Under the pieces are notes generated by a model. That model did no database searches and was not told the origin of the DNA. It saw only the letters and a list, made by a program, of their open reading frames with translations. The position numbers and the translations under genes are program-made. Shown here one piece after another: positions 62,343-64,000 of a DNA stretch of 64,000 nucleotides (positions are counted from its first letter, which is position 1; each line of letters starts with the position of its first letter). The stretch is from the NCBI GenBank assembly GCA_963702845.1, contig OY969763.1, positions 1,440,001 to 1,504,000 on the forward strand, given 5' to 3'. The DNA is from an uncultured Verrucomicrobiae bacterium (GTDB lineage Bacteria > Verrucomicrobiota > Verrucomicrobiia > Limisphaerales > Palsa-1400).

Positions 62343-63947
62343 CTAACTTTGACGGGGTGACGACACGGCGTGGCGATGCTCGATCTTTGCCGATTTGAAC
62401 CGCAACACCTGGCCGTTGCGAACGCCGGTGTGTTTGTCGTCTTGGACCGTTACCGCGCCGTTGACCAGCACCAACTTGAAACCTGTCGAATAATGGTGCG
62501 GGTCGTTGAACGTGGCGTTGTCTTTGACGGTCGCAGGGTCAAACACGGCGATATCCGCACATGCCCCGGGTTTGAGAATGCCCCTGTCGGTTAATTGAAA
62601 CGTTGTTGCGGGAAGGCTGGTCATTTTTCGGACAGCGTCTTCGAGCGCGATTACTTTTAAGTCCCGCACATAACGACCGAGGACGCGGGCATTGTTTCCG
62701 TAGCCGCGTGGATGCGGAACGCTTTCGCCAAATTTTCTGACGCCGCTGTCGGCGGCAATCATCGTGTTGGTGTGGCGCATGAAGGTTTGCAGGTCCACTT
62801 CGTCCATGCCGTGGAAAACAGCGCTGGCGCCGCCGCGCTTTTCAACGTCCAGGATCAATTCGATCTGGTTGTCGAGCGAGTCGCTGCCGAGTTTGGCTTT
62901 CGCGGCCTCGGGAACGCTCTTGCCGTTGAGCGAACGATCCGCCCGGAATGAAGCGATCACGGCGTACGTGTAATCTTTTGCACCGCGTGCTTTCAGCATG
63001 GCGTGCATTTTTTTGACGATTTCGGCTTTTTGTTTTGGATCGGCGATACGTTGTTTGAACTTGCCCCCTTCACGTGCGCCTTCGGGGATGAGTTGGCTGA
63101 GCGAAGTGCTGGAGGCGGTGTAGGCGTATTCGTCTTGAGTGATTTGCAGGCCTTCTGCGCGAGCTGACTCGATTTCTTTGAGAACTTCTTGTGCGCGATG
63201 CCAATTGGCAGGACCGGAAAGTTTAATGTGAGAAACCTCGGCGCGCATGTGCCCTTCACGTGCGATGCGAAACACTTCGGAAAGTGAATCGTCGATGTGT
63301 GAGCCTTCGTCGCGCATGTGACTCGCGTAAATTCCATCGCGTGCGCCGACCACTTTGGCGACTTCGACAATTTCATCTGTTTTAGCAAACGTGCCCGGCA
63401 AATAGATAAGGCCAGTGGACATTCCAACAGCGCCGTCGTCCATCGCTTTGGCGACGTAAGATTTCATTTTCTCAAGTTCGGCGGCAGACGGCGGTCGGTC
63501 GTACGAACCGCCCATCGCTTTGCTGCGCACTGTGCCATGGCCGACGAGACTGGCGATATTAGGTGAGAACGTTTTTCGTTCCATGTCGCTGAAGAATTTG
63601 CCGAGGTTTAACTTCGACGAACCACAGTTGCCGAGCACGAGAGAGGTGACGCCCATGCGCAGGAAATTTTCGCCGAGCGGGAGGTTCTCGATGTCTTCCG
63701 CGTGCGTGTGAACGTCGATGAAGCCGGGGGCGATGACGTTGCCAGCAACGTCGATTTCGCGTTTAGCTGTGCCGTCGACGTTGCCGACAGCGGCAATGCG
63801 ACCGTTCTTAATCGCGACGTCTCCGTGATAGGCGGGTGCGCCGGTGCCGTCGATGATTTGGCCGTTGCGAAGAATCAAATCGTAGGTTTGGCCCTGAGCG
63901 ACCAGACCGAGAGCGAACGCGAACGGAATGCAGAGAAGCTTTTTCAC
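62343..63947 (-). CDS. N-acyl-D-amino-acid deacylase (amidohydrolase) with signal peptide
   Basis: APGFIDVHTH, GNCG, STGLIY, SHMRDE, PHPRGYG and ADIAVFD motifs. Confidence 0.9.
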   Translation of the reverse strand: MKKLLCIPFAFALGLVAQGQTYDLILRNGQIIDGTGAPAYHGDVAIKNGRIAAVGNVDGTAKREIDVAGNVIAPGFIDVHTHAEDIENLPLGENFLRMGVTSLVLGNCGSSKLNLGKFFSDMERKTFSPNIASLVGHGTVRSKAMGGSYDRPPSAAELEKMKSYVAKAMDDGAVGMSTGLIYLPGTFAKTDEIVEVAKVVGARDGIYASHMRDEGSHIDDSLSEVFRIAREGHMRAEVSHIKLSGPANWHRAQEVLKEIESARAEGLQITQDEYAYTASSTSLSQLIPEGAREGGKFKQRIADPKQKAEIVKKMHAMLKARGAKDYTYAVIASFRADRSLNGKSVPEAAKAKLGSDSLDNQIELILDVEKRGGASAVFHGMDEVDLQTFMRHTNTMIAADSGVRKFGESVPHPRGYGNNARVLGRYVRDLKVIALEDAVRKMTSLPATTFQLTDRGILKPGACADIAVFDPATVKDNATFNDPHHYSTGFKLVLVNGAVTVQDDKHTGVRNGQVLRFKSAKIEHRHAVSSPRQS

Positions 63948-64000
63948 GCGTTGTAAGTAGCCTATACCGCTCGCGCTGGGAAGGATGTTTACCGGCAGCA

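Overview
A 64-kb chromosomal segment that, from gene content and style, is most likely from a subdivision-3 Verrucomicrobiota (Pedosphaera/Limisphaera-like) bacterium. This is inferred from the H-X9-DG prepilin-like genes, the C-terminally extended ECF sigma factor, the HEAT-repeat and Ig-domain proteins and the short periodic intergenic repeats. Contents in order: the 3' part of tRNA-Gln(CTG); a partial nuoBCDE cluster with a Rex/CRP-like operator; a PlcP-like phosphoesterase plus glycolipid synthase pair; katG; rhamnose isomerase with an ABC transporter; hisD-hisC; transporters; a YlbF-family gene; rpe and a phosphohexomutase; a complete kdpFABC-DE locus with an extra 27-aa membrane peptide; cobA-hemD; a secreted DA1-like zinc peptidase; a large Ig-repeat protein; yciF; an ECF sigma factor; ogg; a UreF-like gene; ruvC; and hydrolases. 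Several genes, including nuoD, are broken by single-base indels that are most likely consensus errors. I found no integrase, transposase, CRISPR array or rRNA. The most novel-looking signal is a tandem pair of near-identical promoter + ~50-nt RNA + terminator modules at 25.45-25.84 kb, divergent from the ylbF gene; their single-stranded part is antisense to an AUG-AAA-AC start region. Also notable are two 10-bp-period degenerate repeat arrays (7.9 kb and 43.7 kb), the second close to an apparent GC-skew switch. All calls were made by eye from motifs; no searches were run.
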